DNA of 64,000 bases from an uncultured Methanosarcinaceae archaeon (GTDB taxonomy: Archaea; Halobacteriota; Methanosarcinia; Methanosarcinales; Methanosarcinaceae): the NCBI GenBank assembly GCA_963727895.1, contig CAVSHT010000011.1, positions 64,001 to 128,000 of the forward strand, in the 5' to 3' direction. Position 1 is the stretch's first letter, and every line of letters begins with the position of its first letter. This document shows positions 43,752 to 54,023 of this stretch, one piece after another. Both the position numbers and the translations under genes were made by a program. The notes below the pieces were generated by a model. That model had not been told where the DNA came from. It saw only the letters and a program-made list of their open reading frames with translations, and did no database searches.

Positions 43752-45011
43752 TTGATAGCAATGGGAAGATTCAAACTTAAATGTCTTAAGTGCGGAAAAG
43801 AATACGGACAAGAATACAGACTCACCTGTGAGAACGATGACTCCTTTTTGCGAGCGGACTACTTTGAAAAGAAGCTCGAACTAAGAAACCAGCCAGGTAT
43901 TGGCAAATTTCACTCATGGCTCCCAATACAGGAAGAGCTTACTACAGATTCAGGACCCATAACTTATAAAAGTGAAGCCTTTGCAAGAGAACTTGGACTT
44001 TCAAACCTTTATATAGGGTTCAGCGGATACTGGCCCAAAATGGGGGCTTTTGTTAAAACTTGCAGTTTCAAAGAACTTGAAGCCTACCCGACCATGCAAC
44101 TTTTGAAAGACACCGGAGGAAAAGCCATAGTTCTGGCTTCTGCCGGAAATACTGGTAGGGCTTTTGCACACGTTTCGGCTTTGACAAGAATTGATGTATA
44201 TATAGTGGTACCGGATTCTGGAGTTTCAACTTTATGGCTGCCTGAAGAGCCTACTGATTCCATTCATCTTATAAGCATGAGCCCCGGAAATGATTACACT
44301 GATGCTATTAATCTCGCAGGCAGGATTGCAAAAATGCCTGGAATGGTTTCCGAGGGAGGAGCAAGAAACGTTGCCAGAAGAGATGGCATGGGCACTGTAA
44401 TGCTGGACGCCGCAGTAACCATAGGAAAAATACCTGATCACTATTTCCAGGCAGTCGGAAGCGGCACAGGAGGAATTTCAGCATGGGAAGCCGCATTACG
44501 CCTCAAAGTAGATGGTCGATTTGGACAAAAACTTCCGAAACTTCAGCTTGCTCAGAACCTTCCGTTTGTTCCCATGTCCAATGCCTGGAAAGATAGACGA
44601 AGAGAAATTATTCCAGAGCTTGATATGAAGGATGCAAAGAAACAGATAGAAGAAACTTATGCACAGGTCCTTACCAATCGGGCTCCCCCATATGGAGTTA
44701 CAGGTGGTCTCTACGATGCACTTACAGATACTGACGGAATAATGTATGCAATTACCAGAGAAGAAGCTCTTGAAGCTAAAGCCCTTTTCGAGTCCCTTGA
44801 AGGAATAGACATCCTGCCACCTTCTGCAGTTGCAACAGCTTCCTTATTAAAAGCAGTGGAAGCAGGAAATGTTAAGAAAGATGAAACTATTCTCCTGAAT
44901 CTTGCAGGCGGGGGATACGAACGCTTGAAAAAAGATTTTACACTCCACCAAATTGAACCGGTAGCTATTGCCAAAAACCCGGATATACCCCTTGAAGAAC
45001 TGAATATATGA
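43752..45011 (+). CDS. Cysteate synthase (threonine-synthase-like PLP enzyme, coenzyme M pathway)
   Basis: TCSFKELEA, ASAGNTGRAF and QAVGSGTG motifs; adjacent to comDE. Confidence 0.93.
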   Translation: MIAMGRFKLKCLKCGKEYGQEYRLTCENDDSFLRADYFEKKLELRNQPGIGKFHSWLPIQEELTTDSGPITYKSEAFARELGLSNLYIGFSGYWPKMGAFVKTCSFKELEAYPTMQLLKDTGGKAIVLASAGNTGRAFAHVSALTRIDVYIVVPDSGVSTLWLPEEPTDSIHLISMSPGNDYTDAINLAGRIAKMPGMVSEGGARNVARRDGMGTVMLDAAVTIGKIPDHYFQAVGSGTGGISAWEAALRLKVDGRFGQKLPKLQLAQNLPFVPMSNAWKDRRREIIPELDMKDAKKQIEETYAQVLTNRAPPYGVTGGLYDALTDTDGIMYAITREEALEAKALFESLEGIDILPPSAVATASLLKAVEAGNVKKDETILLNLAGGGYERLKKDFTLHQIEPVAIAKNPDIPLEELNI

Positions 45012-45088
45012 TTTGAAAAAGTATTAGTCCAAAAAGAGTTTGGAAAGAATTACATAAGAAATAAGAAAAGGAAAAATGAGGTATTTCC

Positions 45089-46237
45089 ATGGCAAATCCG
45101 GAAGAAGAAGTAATAGCTATAATGAAAAAAACAGGTATTGACCTTGCCGCAACTCTGCCATGTGACAGAATAAAGAACTTGCTTCCCTTGATCCCAGAAA
45201 ACTTTCCTGAAATCCGATTAACAAGAGAAGAGAATGGGGTAGGAATCTGTGCAGGCGCTTACCTTGCAGGGGGGAAACCGATGATGCTTATCCAGAGCAC
45301 AGGGCTTGGAAATATGATTAATGCTCTGGAGTCCCTGAACATAATATGCAAGATTCCATTACCTGTTTTAGCAAGCTGGAGAGGGGTTTATGGTGAAGGC
45401 ATAGAAGCGCAGGTTCCTCTTGGCGTCCATCTTCCGGCAATCCTTGAAGGAGCAGAGTTGAAGTATACAATAATTGATGAAGCAGAAAAGCTTCCTTTAC
45501 TTGAAAACGTTATTAAAGATGCTTTTGAGAACTTAAGGCCGCATATAGCCCTGGTCTCCCCAAAAGTTTGGGAAAGCTCGGAGTGCTGCGCCTGGGAAAC
45601 TGCGGGGTTGCCAGTAAAGCCGGAACTTATGGAAAAAACATGCAGTTTTAATTTTACCAGGGAAACTCTCAAGCCATTAATGCTCAGGAATGACGCAATT
45701 TGCGCAATTGCTTCTCAGCTTGATGACGAAATTACAGTAACGAATCTAGGAGTTCCCTGTAAGGAACTTTATGCCTGTAGAGACAGAGATCTCAATTTTT
45801 ATATGTTTGGCTCAATGGGATTAGTTTCGTCAATAGGTCTTGGCCTTGCTCTTCTAACCGAGAAGACTGTCGTAGCCTTTGATGGGGACGGCAGCCTGCT
45901 TATGAACCCTAATGCCCTTCTTGAAATTGCCAAAGAAGCCCAAAAGAATCTGATAATTATCTGCCTTGATAACGGTGCCTACGGCTCCACAGGTTCGCAG
46001 GAAACCTGTGCCCTCCGCTATATAGATCTGGAAATTCTTGCAACCGCCTGCGGAATACAAAATACAGCTAAAGTAAACAGCACAGAAGGGTTAATAGAAG
46101 TTTTCAGGAAATTTAAGGCCATGAAGGAACTTTCTTTTATCCATGTAATTCTAAAACCCGGAAATACAAAAGCTCCAAATATTCCTTTAAATCCTGAAGA
46201 AGTTACAAAACGCTTTAAAGAAGCCCTGAAAAATTAA
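45089..46237 (+). CDS. comDE: Fused sulfopyruvate decarboxylase alpha/beta
   Basis: LPC, TREE.G.GIC, QSTGLGN and TPP motif GDGSLLMN...DNG.YGSTG.Q. Confidence 0.93.
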   Translation: MANPEEEVIAIMKKTGIDLAATLPCDRIKNLLPLIPENFPEIRLTREENGVGICAGAYLAGGKPMMLIQSTGLGNMINALESLNIICKIPLPVLASWRGVYGEGIEAQVPLGVHLPAILEGAELKYTIIDEAEKLPLLENVIKDAFENLRPHIALVSPKVWESSECCAWETAGLPVKPELMEKTCSFNFTRETLKPLMLRNDAICAIASQLDDEITVTNLGVPCKELYACRDRDLNFYMFGSMGLVSSIGLGLALLTEKTVVAFDGDGSLLMNPNALLEIAKEAQKNLIIICLDNGAYGSTGSQETCALRYIDLEILATACGIQNTAKVNSTEGLIEVFRKFKAMKELSFIHVILKPGNTKAPNIPLNPEEVTKRFKEALKN

Positions 46238-46326
46238 AGGTAAGAGGCTAAAATTAAAGAAAAGTTTAAAGTGCCTCAATAAGAACCACAAGCTACAGAA
46301 GCATTAAAGGAGAGAAGAATGTTGTT

Positions 46327-47655
46327 TTATTCTCTCCAGCTTATTTTTTCTACAGGTTCAGTAAGCCTGAATCTTCCGGTGAGAATTTTTTCTTTGAGTT
46401 CTTCTGCCGCTATAATTGCCTTTGCACGGTCAGACTGACGAAGGGTTATTTTAATGTCCCTGAGACAGCCTTCTGTTGTGCATTTGACTGAACCCAAATT
46501 TGCGCTGAAAGCTTGTCCCCTGCATCTTGATATGCAGAGTCCACAATTAAAGCAAAATTCCGGACTATGTACTGCTCCGGTTTCTCCTCGGCTTACAGCA
46601 CCCATTGGACAGGATTCAATCACAAGGCAATCTTTGCAGTTAATGCATTTCTCTGGATCGTATTTAACACTCAGGTCCACGTTATCCCAAACATCTCCAT
46701 AGGTGATCTCACAAAGAGGGATTCGTCCTGCAAGGTCTACCAGTTGAAGTAGGATTTCTTTATCCAGTTTCAGGATATTTTTCAGCATTCCTTCATGAAG
46801 AATTGGAATCGGAACAGCCCAGGTATTGATGATTTCAGGACCAGCAGAAGTTAAGAACCCTCCCATATATTCGGGAGTCATGTCATGCATGTCTGCAAAG
46901 CCTGTCAGGTTGGGATTGTCCGGAACGCTTCGGGTGCCAGCTCCTGTAACAAATCCGTCTGCTCCATTGAAAAGCACTTTTGTTCCGATTCCTATTGTCT
47001 CAAGCTTGGGATCGTTTTCAATTGGATTTAACTCACCGCAGCCGCAAAAAGTCATTTCCTTAAATTCGCCTTCAAACGGCAGGGCATGGAATATGGTTTT
47101 GATAGGTTCTTTTCCTGGATTTACAAATGCTCGATAATTTTTAAAAGCGTGTCTTGTTGCATGGAGTTTTGCGTGAGGGATCTCAGATAACCGTGTCTCT
47201 ACTGAAAAGCGATTTCCTTCAACGGTAGTTACATCAACTTTAATGGCTTTTCCTTTTACCATTTCCCTAAAAAGGTGCCCTCCCCCGTAATTGGGATCGG
47301 ATTTACTATGAGCTGTTCCAAGTACTATCAGGTCTAAGATTCCAAGTCTTTCATTAGGGCAGGGGCCTACAATTGCAGGAACACCGTTCAAAAAGACCTC
47401 TGATGCTTTAATAAAGGAATCAGGCTCTGAAACTTTGAATGAAAGCACAGCATAAGTTCCACTCATAATACCACGCGTCGCGGTAGTTACAACGTCTACA
47501 TCTTCAAGCCTTATCTCCTCCCCAGCCAGAACTTTCGCACTTATTTCTGTAGCAGTTAAAACAATAGCGTCTCCAGCGTCAATTTTATCCTGAATTTCCG
47601 GAATTGTACGGCATACATCTGTATTATTAAGTTCTCTGTTCATTATGATTCTCAA
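46327..47655 (-). CDS. Methanogenesis marker 16 Fe-S protein (aspartate-semialdehyde sulfurtransferase-like; candidate CoM synthase)
   Basis: DVVTTATRGIMSGT, GPCPNERLG and CGELNP motifs plus a 2x4Fe-4S ferredoxin domain. Confidence 0.85.
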   Translation of the reverse strand: MRIIMNRELNNTDVCRTIPEIQDKIDAGDAIVLTATEISAKVLAGEEIRLEDVDVVTTATRGIMSGTYAVLSFKVSEPDSFIKASEVFLNGVPAIVGPCPNERLGILDLIVLGTAHSKSDPNYGGGHLFREMVKGKAIKVDVTTVEGNRFSVETRLSEIPHAKLHATRHAFKNYRAFVNPGKEPIKTIFHALPFEGEFKEMTFCGCGELNPIENDPKLETIGIGTKVLFNGADGFVTGAGTRSVPDNPNLTGFADMHDMTPEYMGGFLTSAGPEIINTWAVPIPILHEGMLKNILKLDKEILLQLVDLAGRIPLCEITYGDVWDNVDLSVKYDPEKCINCKDCLVIESCPMGAVSRGETGAVHSPEFCFNCGLCISRCRGQAFSANLGSVKCTTEGCLRDIKITLRQSDRAKAIIAAEELKEKILTGRFRLTEPVEKISWRE

Positions 47656-47677
47656 TCAAGGTATTGAGTTCATTCTA

Positions 47678-49215
47678 TTTAGCATGAAAGTACATGAGGA
47701 GATTATCCTCACGTGCTCTCTTGATCCTTTTTCCCCATAATCGCAAATATTCCACTAATTATTTTAATCCGTTCATCAACCTAAAAAATCTCAGTTTCAA
47801 TAATCTTTCTCTTTTGGATTTCTCCCTTTTGATATCCGGTTTCATCTTCGTCCATCTCATCGTTTGTAATAAGATGCCATAGTATCGTTGCAATTTTCCT
47901 TGCTAAGACAATAATTGCTTTTGCATGTCCAATCGACTTCTTTTTTCTGTTAAAAAACTCTTTTAACCTGCTATTCTTCTTTCTTGCTGCTGCTTGAGCA
48001 ATCTGTGTCAGAATCCACCTTGCTACTTTTGATCCCCTCTTTGTGATTCTGCCGTTATAGTATTTATCTGTAGATTGATACACATTAGGAACTAGACCAA
48101 GCCAAGAAGCAAGCTTATTTCCAGAAGAAAAATCCTTAAAGTTGCCTATTTCAGCAAGTAAAATTGCCGCACCAAGTTCCCCTATACCTGGAACTGACAT
48201 TAAAATCTCCATTTCTCGCTTATGATTTCGAGAAGCATAATTGAAAATTTCTGTTTCTAAAGCTTCGAGTTCATCATCAAGACTTTTTATGAGTTTCAGA
48301 CAGATCTGAAGTCTGAATGCAGCACTTTGAGAAATTTCTCGATCAAGAATTTCTCTTATCTGAGCAGCTTTTTTCCGAACATTTGGAGAGAGGCTTGCAA
48401 TAATCTGATCAACACTCTTACCTGAAGAGATTCCTAATAAGATCATTCTGCCATTCTTGCCAAAAACGTCTGTCAGCACATTATTCAGGTGTAGCATTTC
48501 AGATGCAAAAATTGAATTTCAGATGCAAGAATTGAGTGAGCTTTATTTTTTAAATCTGTTCTTTTTTGTACAAGTGTTAACCGAAGTCGAACATATGATC
48601 TAAAATCTATATGATCCTTTGGAAAAACTCTTGATGGCTGAATCATATTATTAAGTGCAAGTTGTGCAATGACTTCTGAGTCAATCTTATCTGTTTTTTT
48701 ATGGGTAAATACCTTTATATCTCGCGCATTTCCAACTATCACAGTTAGATGCTTTACCAATGAATCATGAATCGGAACCCAAAAGTAGCTGGTTGATTCA
48801 CATGCAACAACATCACATTTTTCTGATATTACCCAATTTTTAAGGGCTAAAATTCCTTCATCATCTCTGTTGAAACGTTGCTGTTGTTTTTCACCAGATC
48901 TACTGAAAATTGTAGCAATGAAAAAGAGTTTGTGAATGTCTAAACCACAAGCTTTGTTTATGACTTCAATCAAATTAGATCACCAAATTTATTTGGGCAG
49001 TGGAATTGCCTAAAAGGCCAATTTAGCATCCGTGATCAAAGTCACACTTGAGCCTTCGATGGCAATTCACTGATTAGTTTTAGGACGGTTTTGAAAAACC
49101 AAAATCGAGACAACCTTACTGCCCAAGGTAATGAGGACTTAATAGTCAAAAAAAAGAACGGAGAGTACTGTCATTAGTTGTGCTTGTTATTCGAAGAAAA
49201 GCATGTGCGTTTTAG
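47678..49215 (-). mobile_element. IS110-family element, copy 2 (inverted, near-identical to copy 1)
   Basis: Same length and CTAAA ends; same frameshift and TAG; retains KTDKID. Confidence 0.92.
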
Positions 49216-49543
49216 AAGCGTGTCTGTTTTTAATAGACAGCAAGATTCTTGAAAACAAGAATTTTAAAACAAATTAAAGAAAGATCTTAATGGAAAGAGA
49301 AATATAAGAAAAGAATGGAGAAATAAAGAGTGAACGTTTTAAGTATAGAGTAGAGAATAAATATAAGTTAAATTGCAAAGTATATGGTTCAATAATGAAA
49401 ACTCGTTCACAAAAAAGGTAAAATTCTTTGTTTTTTTGAGTGGATTCACATAGAAATGGGGCATACCACCCAAAACTTATATAAATAATGATGCGTACTA
49501 TGGAGTTGCACTTTGGTGCGAAAAACGGAAGCAACAAACTAAT

Positions 49544-49617
49544 GGGCTCGTGGTCTAGACGGTTATGACGTCGCCTTGACATGGCGGAGGTCCTGAGTTC
49601 GAATCTCAGCGGGCCCA
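49544..49617 (+). tRNA. tRNA-Val(GAC)
   Basis: GGGCTCG...TT GAC AT...GTTCGAATC..GGGCCCA. Confidence 0.95.
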
Positions 49618-49670
49618 CTAAAAAAGTTTTGTTACAAACACCAAACACATATAAAGGATTATCTACCTGT

Positions 49671-49745
49671 GCCCAGGTAGCTCAGTGGGAGAGCGCTGCC
49701 CTGAAGAGGCAGTTGTCCCCGGTTCGAATCCGGGTCTGGGCACCA
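49671..49745 (+). tRNA. tRNA-Phe(GAA)
   Basis: GCCCAGG...CT GAA GA...TCTGGGCACCA. Confidence 0.95.
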
Positions 49746-49749
49746 CAAT

Positions 49750-49821
49750 ACATCAGTAGTGTAGCGGTTATCACCGGGCGTTGCCAACGCTCGAACCCGG
49801 GTTCGAATCCCGGCTGGTGTA
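49750..49821 (+). tRNA. tRNA-Gly(GCC)
   Basis: ACATCAG...TT GCC AA...CTGGTGTA. Confidence 0.93.
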
Positions 49822-49883
49822 TAACTTTTTTATAAGAGTACATTAAATAAATGTATTTAATATGAAAATAAGTAAAGCACAAT

Positions 49884-49957
49884 GGGCTCGTGGTCTAGAC
49901 GGTTATGACGTCGCCTTGACATGGCGGAGGTCCTGAGTTCGAATCTCAGCGGGCCCA
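49884..49957 (+). tRNA. tRNA-Val(GAC), duplicate
   Basis: Identical copy at +340 bp. Confidence 0.95.
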
Positions 49958-50010
49958 CTAAAAAAGTTTTGTTACAAACACCAAACACATATAAAGGATT
50001 ATCTACCTGT

Positions 50011-50085
50011 GCCCAGGTAGCTCAGTGGGAGAGCGCTGCCCTGAAGAGGCAGTTGTCCCCGGTTCGAATCCGGGTCTGGGCACCA
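50011..50085 (+). tRNA. tRNA-Phe(GAA), duplicate
   Basis: Identical copy at +340 bp. Confidence 0.95.
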
Positions 50086-50089
50086 CAAT

Positions 50090-50161
50090 ACATCAGTAGT
50101 GTAGCGGTTATCACCGGGCGTTGCCAACGCTCGAACCCGGGTTCGAATCCCGGCTGGTGTA
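50090..50161 (+). tRNA. tRNA-Gly(GCC), duplicate
   Basis: Identical copy at +340 bp. Confidence 0.93.
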
Positions 50162-50172
50162 TAATAATTTTT

Positions 50173-50398
50173 GGCATTGTTACTTAACTATATCTAGTTT
50201 TTAATTTCTTTATTTCATCAATAGAATAACCGAGTACTTTAGCATTTCAAGACTCTTCGTATAACACTTTGTCTTTCTTCTCAACCTTGCCAGGAAATGC
50301 CTCAATATGCTGTTATATCCTTCAACAGTATACGTTTCTGCTTTTGATTGAGTATGGATCTTTTCTGGAAGAAACTCTGCATATGCTCTCCAGTGATC
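50173..50398 (-). mobile_element. IS1 fragment (one TIR plus the InsB 3' end)
   Basis: GGCATTGTTACTTAA at 50173; breaks off within TDHWRAY. Confidence 0.88.
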
Positions 50399-50420
50399 GG
50401 TCTGGTGTATAATAATTTTT

Positions 50421-51159
50421 GGCATTGTTACTTAACTATATCTAGTTTTTAATTTCTTTATTTCATCAATAGAATAACCGAGTACTTTAGCATTTCAAGA
50501 CTTTTTGTATAACACTTTGTCTTTCTTCTCAACCTTGCCAAAAAGTGCCTCAATATGCTGTTATATCCTTCAACAGTATACGTTTTTGCTTTTGATTGAG
50601 TATGAATCGTTTCAGGACGAAACTCTGCATATGCCCTCCAGTGATCTGTCATCACTTCTCCAATCTCTTTTTTCTTCAATTTTTCCCAGAGTAGTTTTCC
50701 AGTTTCCGTTCCTCTGCTATCAAAAGAGCAGTTGATAAACTTTTTCCCAACTCTATCAACAGCAATCCAGATCCAGCAATATTTTTTTTGTTACCGATGT
50801 AAGTGTGCATCTCATCCATTTCAACAATAGATATCTCATTTTCGCTTTTTAGGTCCTCTAACTCCTTACCAAATTTCTTGATCCATTTTTGGACAGAAAC
50901 ATGACTCACCCCTAAAACTCTTCCTATTTAGCGAAAGCCCAATCCTTCAAGGTAAAGTTGTAAAGCCTGTTTTTTAACAGAGACGGAAAAAGCAGTTGAT
51001 TTTAGCTCTACTGTATAGTTATATCCACAATCATGGCATTTGTAGCGTTGACGCCCACCAACTATACCGTTTTTTTGTGACTGGAACTATTGCATCTGGG
51101 GCAGTTAATGAAGAAATATACTTTCTAATAGTATATAACTATGTTTAAGTATCAATGCC
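50421..51159 (-). mobile_element. IS1-family element with degenerate transposase
   Basis: Both TIRs present; near-TSD TAATTTTT/TAATTTAT; A-run slippery site; internal TAA near 50929. Confidence 0.92.
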
Positions 51160-51906
51160 TAATTTATAATTATAAATCAATACATAATATTGATTAATTT
51201 AAGAGATAAAAAAGGTTAAAAATCAAATTTAGCGATTTTTATTACTACAAATAATTGTCGGACAGCCTCCAAGCAATGGGGTATGTTCGCGCCACCGCTC
51301 GAAATTCCGTTAAAGAAAATAATAACCCTAAATAATTTAGTTTAAGCAGAAGTTAGTAACCGAAAAATGGAAATTGGAAATTATATTATTTCAACGGTTA
51401 CCGGGGAAGTTTCCATCCCCGCAGCAAACTAGCGGGGTATTCGACTGAAATAAAAAAACCTTTTTAGTTTTTTCTGTTTTTTCTTCACCTTGGCAATATA
51501 GTAAAAGAAGGGGCTTATTCAAATCAAAGATTCATAAAACTATTTGAATTTTAGTTTGAAAAATATATTTTAAAATACATAGTTTCAATATATAAAGTGA
51601 TGTTTGACAACTGATATTTAAAGTTGATATATAGAACTAAAAAGTAATAATAAATTGTCAAGTTTTTAACTGAAATCAAGTTTAATGTTAACCTACAATT
51701 TAAGAATGAAGTTCGAATATATGGTAGTTGTTAATAAGTAAAAAAAGATATGTTAACCTGAGCCAATTGTCAACCAAAAACTTAATTAAAATAGAAAATC
51801 ATTAAGTTATTGGATATATATCTCGAGAAGACAAAGAAACGAGTCTGCTTGAAGAGATCTATACCAACTATGTTGCAAACCTGAAAAATCGTAAGGAGAT
51901 CTAAAG

Positions 51907-52038
51907 ATGACAGGAAAGTTCCAGAAAAGAAATGCAGAAAGGAAAGGTATCAGAAAAGAATACGAACTGGAGCAGAAGTTAATAAAGGAAATCGTAGGCG
52001 AAATTCAGGTAAGCGGCGGTGGAGCAACAATAGAGTGA
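51907..52038 (+). CDS. Putative 43-aa small protein coupled to the SAMP gene
   Basis: SD AAGGAGA, ATG at 51907; its TGA overlaps the next GTG start (GTGA). Confidence 0.45.
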   Translation: MTGKFQKRNAERKGIRKEYELEQKLIKEIVGEIQVSGGGATIE

Positions 52039-52247
52039 GTAAAAAAGTACACATCACAATCCAGGCTGGAGAGATTTCTGAGCAGACCGTAGAAATAGAC
52101 GATTGTACTACCTACGAAGACCTGCTTAATAACTTGAATATAAATCAGGAAACAGTACTTGTATTAAATGGAGGGACAGCTGTTCCCCTTGATGGAGCCA
52201 TCAGTTCTGATAGACTCACAATCCTCAGAGTTGTCACAGGGGGCTGA
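52035..52247 (+). CDS. ThiS/MoaD-like ubiquitin-fold sulfur carrier (SAMP)
   Basis: Beta-grasp size; C-terminal VVTGG. Confidence 0.9.
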   Translation: MSKKVHITIQAGEISEQTVEIDDCTTYEDLLNNLNINQETVLVLNGGTAVPLDGAISSDRLTILRVVTGG

Positions 52248-52447
52248 TCTGCTAATAAAAGCAGAGCCCTCCTTTATTACAATTCTTTTTTCCACCTTTT
52301 TTAAAGTATCTGTATGGAGTTTTATTGCTGAAAGCATTTTTGTTAGTTAAAGTGTTTTTGCAGTCAGAGTAACATCTAGATAAAGTCCATAATTTTGAAA
52401 CATATTTTAAATTTCGCATTGTGTACTTTGCACTTATACTTTTACTA

Positions 52448-53187
52448 GGCATTGTTACTTAACTATATCTAGTTCTTTATTTCTGTATTTCATCAATAGA
52501 ATAACCGAGTACTTTAGCATTTCAAGACTCTTCGTATAACACTTTGTCTTTCTTCTCAACCTTGCCAGAAAATACCTCAATATGCTGTTATATCCCTCAA
52601 CTGTAAATGTTTCTGCTTTTGATTGAGTATGAATCGTTTAAGGAATAAACTCTGCATATGCTCTCCAGTGATCTGTCATCATTTCTCCAATTTATTTTTT
52701 CTTCAATTTTTCCCAGAGTAGTTTTCCAGTTTCCGTTCCTCTGCTGCCAAAAGAGCAGTTGATGAACTTTTTCCCAACTCTATCAACAGCAATCCAGATC
52801 CAGCAATATTTTTTTTGTTACCAATGTAAGTGTTCATTTCATCCATTTCAACAATAGATATCTCATTTTCACTTTTTAGATCCTCTAACTCCTGACCAAA
52901 TTTCGTTATCCATTTTTGGACAGAAACATGACTCACCCCTAAAACTCTTCCTATTGAGCGAAAGCCCAATCCTTCAAGATAGAGTTGTAAAGCCTGTTTT
53001 TTGACATAAGTGAAAAAAGCAGTTGATTTTAGCTCTACTGTATAGTTATATCCACAATCATGGCATTTGTACCGTTGACGACCACCAACTATACCATTCT
53101 TTTTGTGACTGGAACTATTGCATCTGGGGCAGTTAATGAAGAAATAGAGGTTCTCATAATAAATAACTATAGTTAATTAGCAAAGCC
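52448..53187 (-). mobile_element. IS1-family element without TSD
   Basis: TIRs GGCATTGTTACTTAACTATA / TATAGTTAATTAGCAAAGCC; flanks TTTTACTA versus CTCACGGG do not match. Confidence 0.88.
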
Positions 53188-53832
53188 CTCACGGGATTTG
53201 AGAGTTACTGGCAAAACTTCTTTGGCTGAAAGTTCGGTATAAACTTCACTGATTCCGTTTTTTCCATCTTCGTTTATTATTTTGTTCAGATATTTTTCTA
53301 ATGATTCTTCAAAGTCTACGCCAGAATCTTTTTTATCTGGATTTACTCTACCGACGTTGATTGCTTCTTTTATTTCTTTGACGTCTTTAGATAACTCTTG
53401 AACTCCTTGATTTGTCTCTTGGGTTGTTTTATCTATTCTTTTTGTTAAGTAGTGGTCAAGATATTTTATAAGTTCAGGTTCTTTTTCTATTTCGACATCG
53501 AGAATTTCAAAAAAAGAGTTTAAAATTAAATCTGCATTGTCGCGAGAGAAATCTTCCTCACTGAATAAGTCAAAAAACTCGTTGATCAAAATTTTTGAGC
53601 AATCAAGCTTATCCGGGTTTTTTAGATATTTTTCGATTGCTTTTTTCACGTTATCCTGATGAAAAAATGTCTCAATTTGTATTTCAGTCAAGTTAGACTT
53701 TTTATTAGAGAACTCTTTGATTGCTTTATTATAAACTTTTGAATAAGTATTGAAAATGTACCCAGGGATCTTCTTGGAAGAATCACATAAGAAATTAGTA
53801 AGAAAACCTAAAGCTAATTCTGAAATAACCAT
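53188..53832 (-). pseudogene. N-terminus of a NACHT-type protein truncated by IS1
   Basis: LEKYLNKIINED..YTELSAKEVLPVT matches the pre-NACHT segment LERYLKNLILED..YIELSAREILPIT near 58000. Confidence 0.7.
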
Positions 53833-54023
53833 TTTATCCCTGTTGAATGAAAATCTCTTCTTTACTTCTCAATTAACTTCTTTATAAAATCCTCTATATT
53901 AATTCTTCCGATTTTATTCATGAAAAGTTGTTTTTCTGCGTCAAACGTGGCAAATAATCTCAAATTTTTTTAGCTTAAATTCAAAGTTTTGTAGTAATTA
54001 GTGATTATATCAACAGTCTTGAT

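Noticed and set aside
26384..47677. Composite transposon or inverted segment between the two IS110 copies
   Set aside because: Cargo is housekeeping, each copy has its own CTAAA site, and gene orientation is continuous across copy 1. Inversion is possible but unsupported.
49274..50187. ORFs of 66-124 aa across the tRNA cluster
   Set aside because: Artefacts of tRNA sequence.
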